Part shown: positions 35,603 through 45,298 of the stretch, piece after piece
How the letters are laid out: every line of letters starts with the position of its first letter
Numbering within the stretch: the stretch's first letter is position 1
From: Dehalococcoidia bacterium
Lineage (GTDB): Bacteria; Chloroflexota; Dehalococcoidia; Bin125
Direction of reading: 5' to 3'
Assembly (NCBI GenBank): GCA_965215375.1
Contig: CBDCDO010000002.1
Span: forward strand, 1,551,685 to 1,615,684
Length of the DNA: 64,000 nt
Translations under genes and position numbers: made by a program
Notes under the pieces: generated by a model
The model's input: only the letters and a program-made list of their open reading frames with translations
Told to the model about the DNA's origin: nothing
Database searches by the model: none

Positions 35603-36880
35603 TCACGATGGTTGCTTTGGCAATGTCTCGGCGACGGCTTTGCTGTTGATCAGGTCGTTGATTGCGGCTTCGTCGTAGCCCAGCTCGCTGAGGACTTCTC
35701 GCAGGTGCTCGCCGAAGGCTGGTGAATGCTCGGCTGCGCGATAGCGGTCGCGGCTGAACTTGAGTGGCGCCTGTGCCATGGTGACGGGTCCGACCGCGTC
35801 GTGGTCGAAACTGTGCACGTAGTCATTCGCGCGTGCGTGCTCGCTCAGTAGTGCTTCCTCGATCGAGCGCAACAGCGCGCAGGGGACGCCGGCGTCCTGC
35901 ATGCGATCGCGCATCTCCTCGCCATCGCGCTGCAGCGCGACAGCGCGAATTTGATCGCGGATTGCAAGGAAGTGGGCCCGCGGATCGTCGGGCATTTCCC
36001 AGTTGGGGTCATCGACGCTGGGGTCTTCAATCTTCAGCACGTTCAGGAGGCGTTCAAATGCGGCCTTGGATGATCCGAGCGTGATCCATTGACCGTCGCG
36101 AGTTTCGTAGAACCCGCCGACCATCAGCGCCGTCTGCTCGCGTCGATGCTTTGAGGCGACGCTCGGGTGTGGGCGCTCGTCCTCCATCCATTGGACGAAC
36201 TCGCGTTTCCAGCCATCGACGGCGTCGAACAGACTGGCCGTCGCATGTTGGAGCGACAGACCCGCTTGGTATAGCGAGGTGCGCACGCGCTGTCCCTTGC
36301 CGGTGAACTCTCGCCGATACAGTGCTCCGGCGATCCCGAACGCGAGCAGGGTGCCCGCGTGGAAGTCGCAGAGGTAGGCGTCGAGGATCTCGGGTTCGTC
36401 GCCCTTGAAGTTGGCGGTGGAGAGCGCCAGTCCCGAAGCCGCCGCGCCCTGGAAGTCGGCGCCGAGCTGCATTCCTTGCGGGCCGTCCTCGCCCATGGCC
36501 GAGATTTCAGCCACGATGATTCGCTCGTTCTCTGCTTTGAGCGAGTCATAGTCGAGCTGCAGGCGTTCGAGCGCGCCGGGTCGCATGTTGGACAGAATCA
36601 CATCCGAGCGCAAGGCCAACTGTCGGACGATCGCGCGGCCTTGCGGATGGCGAAGATTGATCGGTACGCCGCGCTTGCCTCGCGCCTTGATGATGTAGTG
36701 CCGACCTTCGCCGTGCACGATCGTGCTGTTGAATCGTGTGGCGTCGCCAGTGATCGGTTCGATCTTGATCACATCGGCGCCGCCGTGGGCCAACAGCTCG
36801 GCAGCGTATGGTCCGGCGGCAAAGAGGCCAAACTCGAGCACGCGTACGCCTGAGAAAATACCGTCTGCTTGTTCATTCAT
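35603..36880 (-). CDS. family III CoA-transferase (CaiB/BaiF family)
   Basis: …GVRVLEFGLFAAGPYAAELLAHGGADVIKIEP…. Confidence 0.85.
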   Translation of the reverse strand: MNEQADGIFSGVRVLEFGLFAAGPYAAELLAHGGADVIKIEPITGDATRFNSTIVHGEGRHYIIKARGKRGVPINLRHPQGRAIVRQLALRSDVILSNMRPGALERLQLDYDSLKAENERIIVAEISAMGEDGPQGMQLGADFQGAAASGLALSTANFKGDEPEILDAYLCDFHAGTLLAFGIAGALYRREFTGKGQRVRTSLYQAGLSLQHATASLFDAVDGWKREFVQWMEDERPHPSVASKHRREQTALMVGGFYETRDGQWITLGSSKAAFERLLNVLKIEDPSVDDPNWEMPDDPRAHFLAIRDQIRAVALQRDGEEMRDRMQDAGVPCALLRSIEEALLSEHARANDYVHSFDHDAVGPVTMAQAPLKFSRDRYRAAEHSPAFGEHLREVLSELGYDEAAINDLINSKAVAETLPKQPS

Positions 36881-36961
36881 CGCTGGACGCTCCGGGAACG
36901 TGGGATTTGAGCGAATGCTAACGAGCAGATCGCATGTGGGCGGGTCGGTGCGCTACGCACA

Positions 36962-37747
36962 GTGGACCGACGAGTTCAGGAACTCGGTACCATCAATCCT
37001 ATGACCACGCTGCAGGCACCACCTCAAGTCGACGCCGCGATCGACACTCTGATCGAGACCATCGTGCAGGGCTGGGATCCGCTGCAGATTGTCCTGTTTG
37101 GTTCGCGAGCTCGCGGTGATCATCGCGAGGACAGCGATGTGGACCTGCTCGTCGTGGTCGATGACAGTGTGGACTGGTCGGAAACGCGATGGGAGATCCG
37201 CAACGGGTTGCCGAGCGGGTTGATCCCGACCGATATCGTCGTGACCACCCCCATCATGTGGCTCAAACGCGCCAATCTGGTCGGTGCGATCGAGCGCAAA
37301 GCGCTGATCGACGGTCGCGTACTCTACGTGCGAGGAGGCGGCGATCCGGTGATCGAAACAGCGCTGCACGTGTTGCGACTGTCGTTGGGTGACCTTAACG
37401 GCGCTGAGTTTCTTTTGGGTTCGCCCAGCCAGGATCCGAGGCTTTCCTGTTTCCACTCACAACAGGCCGCCGAGAAAGCTCTCAAGGCAGCGTTGGAGCT
37501 GGAGCACAACGATTATCCCCGAATCCATGCACTCCACCAGTTGCTTGCTCAGTTGCCGTCGACTTGGCCCGTGCACGAGCTCGATCTGAACCTCAAGCGG
37601 CTCAGCGCTTTGGTTGTCGAGGGGAGATATCCTGATGCCGACAGACTCCCCACTCGAGACGAGGCCGTCGAAGCGGTTGCTGATGCTCGGCTGATTGTTG
37701 AGTCCGTCGTCGAGGAATTCCAGCGCCGAGGCCACGAACTGCCGTAG
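36962..37747 (+). CDS. single-chain nucleotidyltransferase (MNT) - HEPN fusion protein
   Basis: The N-terminal Pol-beta-type NTase motif LFGSRARGDHREDSDVDLLVVVDD covers aa ~40-65. The C-terminal ~130 aa form a four-helix HEPN-like region (…FHSQQAAEKALKAALE…LSALVVEGRYPDA…). Confidence 0.6.
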   Translation: MDRRVQELGTINPMTTLQAPPQVDAAIDTLIETIVQGWDPLQIVLFGSRARGDHREDSDVDLLVVVDDSVDWSETRWEIRNGLPSGLIPTDIVVTTPIMWLKRANLVGAIERKALIDGRVLYVRGGGDPVIETALHVLRLSLGDLNGAEFLLGSPSQDPRLSCFHSQQAAEKALKAALELEHNDYPRIHALHQLLAQLPSTWPVHELDLNLKRLSALVVEGRYPDADRLPTRDEAVEAVADARLIVESVVEEFQRRGHELP

Positions 37748-37816
37748 CTGCGACGCCTCTGCGCCCGTCGCCTTATCTTGCTCTTGTCCGAACAGCACGC
37801 AGGGCAGGAGCTATAG

Positions 37817-40093
37817 ATGACCATGCAAGAGGACTTTGGCGGCGTGATAGGTCGCACCTTCCGCGAGTCCGAACCATGGTGGCCGGAGCTACCAACTGCT
37901 CCGCAGGATCGGCCCAACGTGGTTGTCATCCTCTTCGACGACACCGGGTTCTCGCACCTGGGCTGTTACGGCTCGACGATCGCAACACCGAACATCGACA
38001 AACTGGCCGCGAACGGTTTACGATTCACCAACTTTCACGTGACTGCGCTCTGCTCGCCGACGCGTGCCTCGTTGCTCACGGGACGCAACCACCACGCTGT
38101 CGGGATGCGCTCGATCTCAAGCTATGACCCCGGCTATCCCAACATGCGCGGTGCAGTCAGCCGCAACGCCGCCACGATGGCCGAGATGCTGCGCGACGAG
38201 AACTACGCCACGTTTGCCGTTGGCAAATGGCACCTGAACCCTTCCGAGACCTGTTCGCAAGCTGGACCCTTCAATGATTGGCCGCTGCAGCGCGGCTTCG
38301 ACCGCTACTACGGCTTCCTCTCCGGCGAGACCGACCAGTTCTACCCCGACCTCTGCTACGACAACCACCTGATCGATCCGCCAAGGACGCCCGAGGAGGG
38401 CTATCACTTCACAGAGGACATCGTTGATCAGGCCACAGGATTCCTGCGCGACCACCAGTCGGTCTATCCCGGACAACCCTTCTTCCTCTACTTTGCCCTC
38501 GGCGCGACACACTCTCCGCATCAGGCGCCGCAGGAGTACATCGAGCGATATCGCGGCCAGTTCGACCAGGGCTGGGATGAGGTGCGCAAGGAGTGGTTCG
38601 CCCGACAGCTCGAGCTGGGCGTGATTCCCGAAGGCACCGAGCTGGCGCCGCGAAACCCGGGGGTCAAGCCGTGGGATGACTTCTCGCCCAACATGAAGCG
38701 CTTCCTGGCCACGTTCCAGGAGGCATTCGCCGGATTCTTGACTCACACCGACGAACAGATCGGGCGTCTGATCGCCTATCTCGACGATTCAGGTCAGCTT
38801 GACAACACCATTCTGATGCTGATGGCCGACAACGGCGCCAGCCAGGAGGGCGGACCGCAAGGTGTCTCGGACACGGCGCGCTATGGTCAGCCGCTGCTCG
38901 ACGATGTGGACGAGGCGCAGTCTCGACTGCATGAGATCGGCGGCCCGCGCAGCTCGCCCAACTATCCGTGGGGCTGGTCGCAGGCTGGCAATACGCCGCT
39001 CAAGTGGTACAAGCAGAACACACACGGCGGCGGCGTCCGTGTCCCGCTGATCGTCCACTGGCCCGACCGGATCAAGGACGGCGGCAGTTTCCGTCGGCAA
39101 TTCCATCACGTCAGCGACGTGCTGCCGACCGTGCTGGAATCGGTCCAGGCGACTCCGCCCGACGAATACGCCGGACTGACGCAAATGCCTGTCAGTGGGA
39201 CGAGTTTTGCGTATGCGCTCGACGATCAGAGCGCTGACACGGCGAAGGAAGTCCAGTACTTCGAGATGCTCGGTCACCGCGGCATCTGGGTCGATGGCTG
39301 GAAGGCAGTCACGCGGCACCAGAAGAACGACCCCTGGTCGGACGACGAATGGGAGCTCTATCACGTCGCCGAAGATTTCTCCGAGTCCAACAACCTCGCT
39401 GCCGCAGAGCCGGAAAAACTTCGAGAGCTGATTGACCGTTGGTGGGTCGAGGCCGGGAAGTACGGCGTGTTGCCACTCGATGACCGCAGCTTCCAGCTCG
39501 GCGGTCCGACGCAGCGTCCTGGCGGACCACACAACGGACTGAAGTATCGCTACACACCGCCGATTTCACATATTCCGGGTGAGACCGCGCCAGCGATCGG
39601 GCTGGGGTCGTGGGTGCTGGAGGCCGATATCGAACGCGATGGGCTTGGTGATGGTGTGATCTTCGCGCGCGGATCGGTGATGGGTGGGATCAGCTTCTAT
39701 ATCAAGGACAATCGTCTCCGCGTCGACTACAACGCGTTCACGGAGGTCACGCGCATTGTGGCTGATGTCGAACTGCCGGACGGCCGATGTCAGATTGGTA
39801 TGAACATGGACGGCGAGGCGCCCTCGGCGCCGGGACATGTGACCATCCGACTGAATGGCGATGTGGTCGGCGAGGGCGACGTGCCGTTCATTGTGCGCGG
39901 CGGATTTGGTGGTCGCGGCGGCGCCGACGTCGGCTCGGACCGTAAGTCGCCGGTCTCTGACTCTTACGAGCCGCCATTTGAGTTCGACGGCACGATTCAT
40001 GAGTTGACGGTTGCGGTCACGCCCTATCCGAAGTCGGGTGCTGCTTACGAGGCAGCGCGGAATGCCTTCCGCCTGCTTATGGCACAGCAGTAG
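37817..40093 (+). CDS. arylsulfatase (formylglycine-dependent sulfatase family)
   Basis: …NVVVILFDDTGFSHLGCYGS…FHVTALCSPTRASLLTGRNHH… has the C-x-P-x-R formylglycine motif. 758 aa. Confidence 0.9.
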   Translation: MTMQEDFGGVIGRTFRESEPWWPELPTAPQDRPNVVVILFDDTGFSHLGCYGSTIATPNIDKLAANGLRFTNFHVTALCSPTRASLLTGRNHHAVGMRSISSYDPGYPNMRGAVSRNAATMAEMLRDENYATFAVGKWHLNPSETCSQAGPFNDWPLQRGFDRYYGFLSGETDQFYPDLCYDNHLIDPPRTPEEGYHFTEDIVDQATGFLRDHQSVYPGQPFFLYFALGATHSPHQAPQEYIERYRGQFDQGWDEVRKEWFARQLELGVIPEGTELAPRNPGVKPWDDFSPNMKRFLATFQEAFAGFLTHTDEQIGRLIAYLDDSGQLDNTILMLMADNGASQEGGPQGVSDTARYGQPLLDDVDEAQSRLHEIGGPRSSPNYPWGWSQAGNTPLKWYKQNTHGGGVRVPLIVHWPDRIKDGGSFRRQFHHVSDVLPTVLESVQATPPDEYAGLTQMPVSGTSFAYALDDQSADTAKEVQYFEMLGHRGIWVDGWKAVTRHQKNDPWSDDEWELYHVAEDFSESNNLAAAEPEKLRELIDRWWVEAGKYGVLPLDDRSFQLGGPTQRPGGPHNGLKYRYTPPISHIPGETAPAIGLGSWVLEADIERDGLGDGVIFARGSVMGGISFYIKDNRLRVDYNAFTEVTRIVADVELPDGRCQIGMNMDGEAPSAPGHVTIRLNGDVVGEGDVPFIVRGGFGGRGGADVGSDRKSPVSDSYEPPFEFDGTIHELTVAVTPYPKSGAAYEAARNAFRLLMAQQ

Positions 40094-40226
40094 CACGGGT
40101 TGTCGGGGGCACTTGATGAGCAATTGCTGCGGAGCTTCACGACCCTCGCATCATCATGCCACCTCGCCCTCGATGGGGCAGCGGGTTCCCTTGGACCAGC
40201 CTCAATCAGCTCCTCGCTCAGGTGGG

Positions 40227-41066
40227 ATGGTCGAGATTCCGGCGGGCACGTTTGTCATGGGCTCGGTCGACCATCTTTCCTATTCCGGCGACGGAGAGGG
40301 GCCGTTGCGGGAGATCGAACTCACCGCGTTTGCGATCGATGCCTGTGCGGTCTCCAATGCTGAATTTGCGACGTTCGTCGACGAGACGGGCTATCAGACC
40401 GAGTCTGAGCTGATCGGCTGGTCGTTCGTGTTCGCCGGGCTCTTGCCGGATGACTTTCCGCCGACGCGCGGGGTCTCGGATGCGCCCTGGTGGCGACAGG
40501 TGGAGGGCGCTTCCTGGCGCAATCCTGAGGGGCCAGACAGCGACATCGCCACCCGTCTCGACCATCCTGTTGTGCATATCAGTTGGAACGATGCGCGTGC
40601 GTACGCTCGCTGGGCGGGGAAGTCGCTACCGACCGAGGCCCAGTGGGAACGTGCGTCACGCGGCGGTCTCGAGTCGCAGCCGTATCCCTGGGGTTCCGAG
40701 CTCAACCCCGACGGCGAGCATCGGATGAACGTTTGGCAGGGGGTCTTCCCGTCCGAGAACAGCAACGCAGACGGCTGGTACGCCACCTGCCCGGTGGATG
40801 CGTATGAGCCCAACGCCTTCGGCCTGTTCAACACGACCGGCAACGTTTGGGAATGGTGTGCTGACTGGTTCGACATCTTCCACGACGCGTCGGGCGTGCG
40901 CAATCCGGTTGGTCCGCCCGATGGCGATCTGAAGGTGTTGAAGGGTGGAAGTTTTCTCTGTCACGAGAGCTATTGTTTGCGTTATCGCACAGCCGCGCGA
41001 CTCGCGCTCACCCCAGATAGCGCGACCAGTAATTCCGGCTTCCGCTGTGTACGCTCGGCGGAGTAA
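40227..41066 (+). CDS. formylglycine-generating enzyme (FGE/SUMF1 family)
   Basis: …MVEIPAGTFVMGS…HPVVHISWNDARAYARWAGKSLPTEAQWERA…GNVWEWCADW…GGSFLC… The ATG at 40227 is preceded by AGGTGGG. The ORF-track 5' extension overlaps the sulfatase 3' end. Confidence 0.85.
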   Translation: MVEIPAGTFVMGSVDHLSYSGDGEGPLREIELTAFAIDACAVSNAEFATFVDETGYQTESELIGWSFVFAGLLPDDFPPTRGVSDAPWWRQVEGASWRNPEGPDSDIATRLDHPVVHISWNDARAYARWAGKSLPTEAQWERASRGGLESQPYPWGSELNPDGEHRMNVWQGVFPSENSNADGWYATCPVDAYEPNAFGLFNTTGNVWEWCADWFDIFHDASGVRNPVGPPDGDLKVLKGGSFLCHESYCLRYRTAARLALTPDSATSNSGFRCVRSAE

Positions 41067-41077
41067 TGGAGGTTGAT

Positions 41078-43351
41078 ATGTCGAATCAGGAAGCATTCGC
41101 AGGCAAGATCGGTCGCACGTTTCGCGATTCCGAGCCGTGGTGGCCTCCGCTGCCGACCGCTCCACAGGACCGACCCAATGTCTTGATCATCCTCTTTGAT
41201 GATTTGGGCTTTGCCCATCTCAACTGTTTCGGCTCGACAATTGAGACGCCGAACATCAATCGACTCGCGGCGAACGGCTTGCGGTTCACCAACTTCCACG
41301 TCACGCCGCTTTGCTCGCCGACCCGCGCGTCGCTGCTGACCGGTCGCAATCATCACACGGTCGGGATGCGGTCGGTGACGCAGTTTGATCCGGGATATCC
41401 CAACATGCGCGGAGCAATCCCACAGAATGCCGCGACGATGGCTGAGCTGCTCTCGGACGAGGACTACGCCACGTTTGCGGTCGGCAAGTGGCATCTCTGT
41501 CCGGTTGACGAGATGGGACAGGCCGGGCCATACGACAACTGGCCGCTGCAGCGCGGGTTTAACCGCTACTACGGCTTTCTCTCGGGCGAGACTGACCAGT
41601 TCTACCCCGAGTTGGTCTATGACAACCATCTGATTGAGCCGCCTCGACGACCCGAAGAGGGTTATCACCTGACCGAGGACTTGGTCGATCACGCTGTCGG
41701 ATTCTTGCGCGACCATCAGTCGGTCTATCCGGGACAGCCTTACTTCCTCTACGTCGCGCTCGGCGCGACACACGCACCGCACCAGGCACCGCAGGAGTTT
41801 ATCGAGCGGTATCGCGGCAAGTTCGATCAGGGTTGGGACGCGGCGCGCGAGGAATGGTTCGCTCGCCAGCAGGAGCTCGGAGTGGTGCCCGAGGGCACGC
41901 AGCTCGCGCCGCGCAATCGCGGGGTCGAGGCTTGGGATGACATGTCCGAGAACGCGCGCAACTTTGCGGTCGCGCTGCAGGAGGCGTTTGCTGGATTCCT
42001 CGAGCACACCGACGCTCAGCTGGGCCGACTCTTCTCATATCTTGAGTCATCAGGTCAGTTGGACAATACGATCATCCTCTTGCTCGCTGACAATGGCGCG
42101 TCGCAGGAGGGCGGGCCTCAGGGCGTCTCGGACGAGCCGCGCCTCTTCGGACCGCGCGATGATCTCGATGAGGTGCAGTCACGACTGCATGAGATCGGAG
42201 GTCCGCGATCGGCGTCGAACTATCCGTGGGGTTGGGCGCAAGTTGGGAACACGCCGCTGCGTTGGTACAAGCAGAACACGCACGGCGGCGGGGTGCGCGT
42301 ACCGCTGATCGCGCACTGGCCGCAGGGGATCGCCGAGCGCGGCGGGATCCGAACGCAGTTTCACCATGTCACCGATGTGCTGCCGACCGTGCTGGAGACG
42401 CTCGGCGTCGATCAGCCGAAGCAGCGTCAGGGTTTGGAACAGCTACCGATCGCCGGGACGAGCTTCAGCTACGCGTTCGACGATGCCAGCGCCAGCACGA
42501 CGAAGGACGCGCAGTACTTCGAGATGTTCGGGCATCGCGGCATCTGGGTGGATGGTTGGAAGGCGGTCACTTGGCATGGGTACGGTACCGAATTCTCCGA
42601 CGACGAGTGGGAGCTGTACCACGTTGACGAGGACTTCTCCGAGACCAACAACCTCGCCGAGCAGGAGCCAGAACGCCTGCGTGCGTTGATCGATCGGTGG
42701 TGGATCGAAGCGGGTAAGCACGGTGTCCTGCCGCTTGATGATCGGACGGTGGAGATCAACCAGCCGTCGCAGCTGCCCGGTGCACCGCATGCGGGACTGC
42801 GATATCACTACACCCCACCGATCGCTCACATGCCCGTCGAGACGTCGCCGGCGATTGATCTCGGCAGTTGGACGCTGGAAGCGGCGGTGACAAGGTCGTC
42901 GAGCGAGCAGCAGGGCGTGATCTTCAATCGTGGGTCGATCCACACGGGGGTCACTTGCTACATCAAGGACAATCGACTGCACTTCGACTATCACGCCTAC
43001 GACGACTGGGCGCGGATTGCCTCGGAGACACAGTTACCGGTTGGAGATTTCACCATCGGCGTCGCTCTACAAAGCGAATCGTCGCGTGGTCCGGCAGAGG
43101 TCACGCTGTCAATCGACGGCGCGCCCGTAGCCAGTGGTGTGGTGGACGTGCTGCAGCGACGAATCCTCTTCTCTCACGGTGAGTTCGACATCGGCGCCGA
43201 TCGACGCTCTCCCGTGGGTGACAACTATGATCCACCGTTCGAGTTTGAGGGCGAGATCCACACGGTCGATATCGAGGTCGTCCCGTACGAGGGCGAAGCT
43301 GCGTTCCACGCACAGGCCGAACGTCAGCGGCAGGCGATGTCGCGGCAGTAG
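41078..43351 (+). CDS. arylsulfatase, paralog of 37817..40093
   Basis: …NVLIILFDDLGFAHLNCFGS…HVTPLCSPTRASLLTGRNHH… GGAGG lies 6 nt upstream of the ATG at 41078. The two sulfatases are roughly 65% identical. Confidence 0.9.
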   Translation: MSNQEAFAGKIGRTFRDSEPWWPPLPTAPQDRPNVLIILFDDLGFAHLNCFGSTIETPNINRLAANGLRFTNFHVTPLCSPTRASLLTGRNHHTVGMRSVTQFDPGYPNMRGAIPQNAATMAELLSDEDYATFAVGKWHLCPVDEMGQAGPYDNWPLQRGFNRYYGFLSGETDQFYPELVYDNHLIEPPRRPEEGYHLTEDLVDHAVGFLRDHQSVYPGQPYFLYVALGATHAPHQAPQEFIERYRGKFDQGWDAAREEWFARQQELGVVPEGTQLAPRNRGVEAWDDMSENARNFAVALQEAFAGFLEHTDAQLGRLFSYLESSGQLDNTIILLLADNGASQEGGPQGVSDEPRLFGPRDDLDEVQSRLHEIGGPRSASNYPWGWAQVGNTPLRWYKQNTHGGGVRVPLIAHWPQGIAERGGIRTQFHHVTDVLPTVLETLGVDQPKQRQGLEQLPIAGTSFSYAFDDASASTTKDAQYFEMFGHRGIWVDGWKAVTWHGYGTEFSDDEWELYHVDEDFSETNNLAEQEPERLRALIDRWWIEAGKHGVLPLDDRTVEINQPSQLPGAPHAGLRYHYTPPIAHMPVETSPAIDLGSWTLEAAVTRSSSEQQGVIFNRGSIHTGVTCYIKDNRLHFDYHAYDDWARIASETQLPVGDFTIGVALQSESSRGPAEVTLSIDGAPVASGVVDVLQRRILFSHGEFDIGADRRSPVGDNYDPPFEFEGEIHTVDIEVVPYEGEAAFHAQAERQRQAMSRQ

Positions 43352-43361
43352 TCGTTGCTTG

Positions 43362-44273
43362 CTATCGATGTCGACGGTGTGGGTCGATTGCTTCGACCAC
43401 GGAGTCGGCGAGGAAATTGAGCGAGAGCAAGATCAGCGACAGACCGAGTGTTGGGAAGAGCACGAACCACCAGTTGCCGGCGAACAGCCAGCGGCGACCA
43501 TCGTTGAGGATGATGCCCAGCGTCGGCGTCGGCGGTGACGCGCCCAGCCCGAGGAAGCTCAACGTCGCCTCAGCGATGACGGCGAAGGCCATCGCGAGCG
43601 CGCCTTGCACGAGGAGCGGCGGGAGCGCGTTCGTGGCGATGTGTCGGCCGACGATCCGCGGCGGCGATGCGCCCAAACATCGAGCGGCGAGCACGTAGTC
43701 GCGTTCCTTTTCGGTGAGGAGTTGCGCCCTCGCAATCCTCGCGAAGACGGGAATGTTGGCGATCCCGAGCGCCAACGCGACCTGCGATGTGCCGGTGCCG
43801 AGGATCGCCAGCACTGCGATCCCGAGCAAGAGGAATGGAAACGCGAGCAGGGTATCGACGAAGCGCATCAGCACCGCTTCCACCCAACCACCCGCGTAAC
43901 CGGCCATGAATCCGATGATCGTGCCGATCGAGCCGCCGCCGACCACACCGGCGACCGATACGTAGAGCGAGATCCGAAGGCCGAAGAGGATGCGGCTGAA
44001 GATGTCACGAGAGAGGTCGTCGGTCCCGAACCAGTACGTGCCTGAAGGCGCCAAGAGTCGCGAACCGCGAATCTGCTCTGCCTCCCCGTAGGGCGCGAGG
44101 AGGTCAGCGAATATGGCGATGAAGATCAGGCCGCCAAACACGACGGTACCGATCAAGCCTTGTGGGTTGGTCACCGTCCGATAGATGGCGTCGGCCGTGA
44201 GCGACTGGTCGCGCATGCGACGGACCCAGCCCTGATCGAGCGGCGGTGCGTATTGGGACTCGGTTCGAGCCAT
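43362..44273 (-). CDS. ABC transporter permease (DppC/OppC-type)
   Basis: Six TM helices; the EAA-like loop …AARCLGASPPRIVGRHIATNALPPLLVQ…. Confidence 0.85.
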   Translation of the reverse strand: MARTESQYAPPLDQGWVRRMRDQSLTADAIYRTVTNPQGLIGTVVFGGLIFIAIFADLLAPYGEAEQIRGSRLLAPSGTYWFGTDDLSRDIFSRILFGLRISLYVSVAGVVGGGSIGTIIGFMAGYAGGWVEAVLMRFVDTLLAFPFLLLGIAVLAILGTGTSQVALALGIANIPVFARIARAQLLTEKERDYVLAARCLGASPPRIVGRHIATNALPPLLVQGALAMAFAVIAEATLSFLGLGASPPTPTLGIILNDGRRWLFAGNWWFVLFPTLGLSLILLSLNFLADSVVEAIDPHRRHR

Positions 44274-44275
44274 CG

Positions 44276-45238
44276 TTAGCCCGCCAGTCCTGAGACCCGA
44301 ATGCGCGGGTCGAGATAGCCATAGGTGATGTCGGCGAGCGTGTTGGCGGCGACGAAGAGGAACACGAGGATGGCAAGCATCGCCTGGATGAGCAGGTAGT
44401 CGCGACCGTTGATGCCGTCGATGATCAGGCGTCCGAAGCCTGGTCGGGTGAAGACGATCTCCACGACGATCGCCCCGGCGAGCAGGTTGCCAATCTGCAG
44501 GGCGGCGATCGTGACGATCGGGATCAGTGCGTTGCGCAGGGCGTGGTTGAGCACGACCTTCCGTGCTTGAAGTCCCTTGGCGTGGGCCGTTCGGACGTAG
44601 TCCTGGGCGAGCGCTTCTGCCACCGAGGTGCGCACGAATCTCGCCAAGACGGCGGCGATCACCGATCCTGCGGCGATCGTGGGTAGCACCAGTCGATGCA
44701 CGCCGGCGACGAAGTCCTCGAAGACACTGACCCGTCCGGAGACGGGGAAGAGGTCGAGCTCCACCGCGAAGATCCAGAGCAGCAGGATGCCGAGCACAAA
44801 GTTGGGAATCCCCAATGTGAATAAATTGAACACGCTGGCGCCATAGTCGGGCGCTTTCTTGGCCCAGACCGCCGCCGCGACCCCTAAGGGCACACCGATC
44901 CCGAGGGCGAAGATGTAGGACGCCACGGCCAGCTCGAGCGTGGCTGGGAAGGACTGTGAGATCAGGTCTCGGACGGGTACGCGCTTCGTGAACGACTTGC
45001 CAAAGTCGAGCTGGACGACGCCACTGATCCAGTTGCCGTATTGAGACAGGATCGGATCGTTCAGGCCGAGCTGTTCGCGGATCTGCTCAATATCTTCGGG
45101 CGTGGCGTCTTCTCCGGCGAGCTGCTGAGCTGGGTCACCTGGGATCAAGCGGATGATCAGGAAGATCACGATGCTGGCCATGAAGACGACCAGCACACCC
45201 TCGAAGAAACGGCGAACCAGGTATCGTCCCACGTTCAA
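44276..45238 (-). CDS. ABC transporter permease (DppB/OppB-type)
   Basis: …MASIVIFLIIRLIPGDP…; BPD_transp_1 pattern …AKGLQARKVVLNHALRNALIPIVT…. Confidence 0.85.
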   Translation of the reverse strand: MNVGRYLVRRFFEGVLVVFMASIVIFLIIRLIPGDPAQQLAGEDATPEDIEQIREQLGLNDPILSQYGNWISGVVQLDFGKSFTKRVPVRDLISQSFPATLELAVASYIFALGIGVPLGVAAAVWAKKAPDYGASVFNLFTLGIPNFVLGILLLWIFAVELDLFPVSGRVSVFEDFVAGVHRLVLPTIAAGSVIAAVLARFVRTSVAEALAQDYVRTAHAKGLQARKVVLNHALRNALIPIVTIAALQIGNLLAGAIVVEIVFTRPGFGRLIIDGINGRDYLLIQAMLAILVFLFVAANTLADITYGYLDPRIRVSGLAG

Positions 45239-45298
45239 CCGCCTCCTGCTCTCTGGAGGTCTACGTTAGTCGCAGACAGGATGGCTTGCCGCTACGGA

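Noticed and set aside
40011-40226. N-terminal 72 codons of the FGE ORF overlapping the sulfatase 3' end
   Set aside because: A strong RBS (AGGTGGG) and ATG at 40227 coincide with the start of the FGE domain; the upstream residues are Arg/Ser/His-rich, non-protein-like, and overlap the sulfatase.
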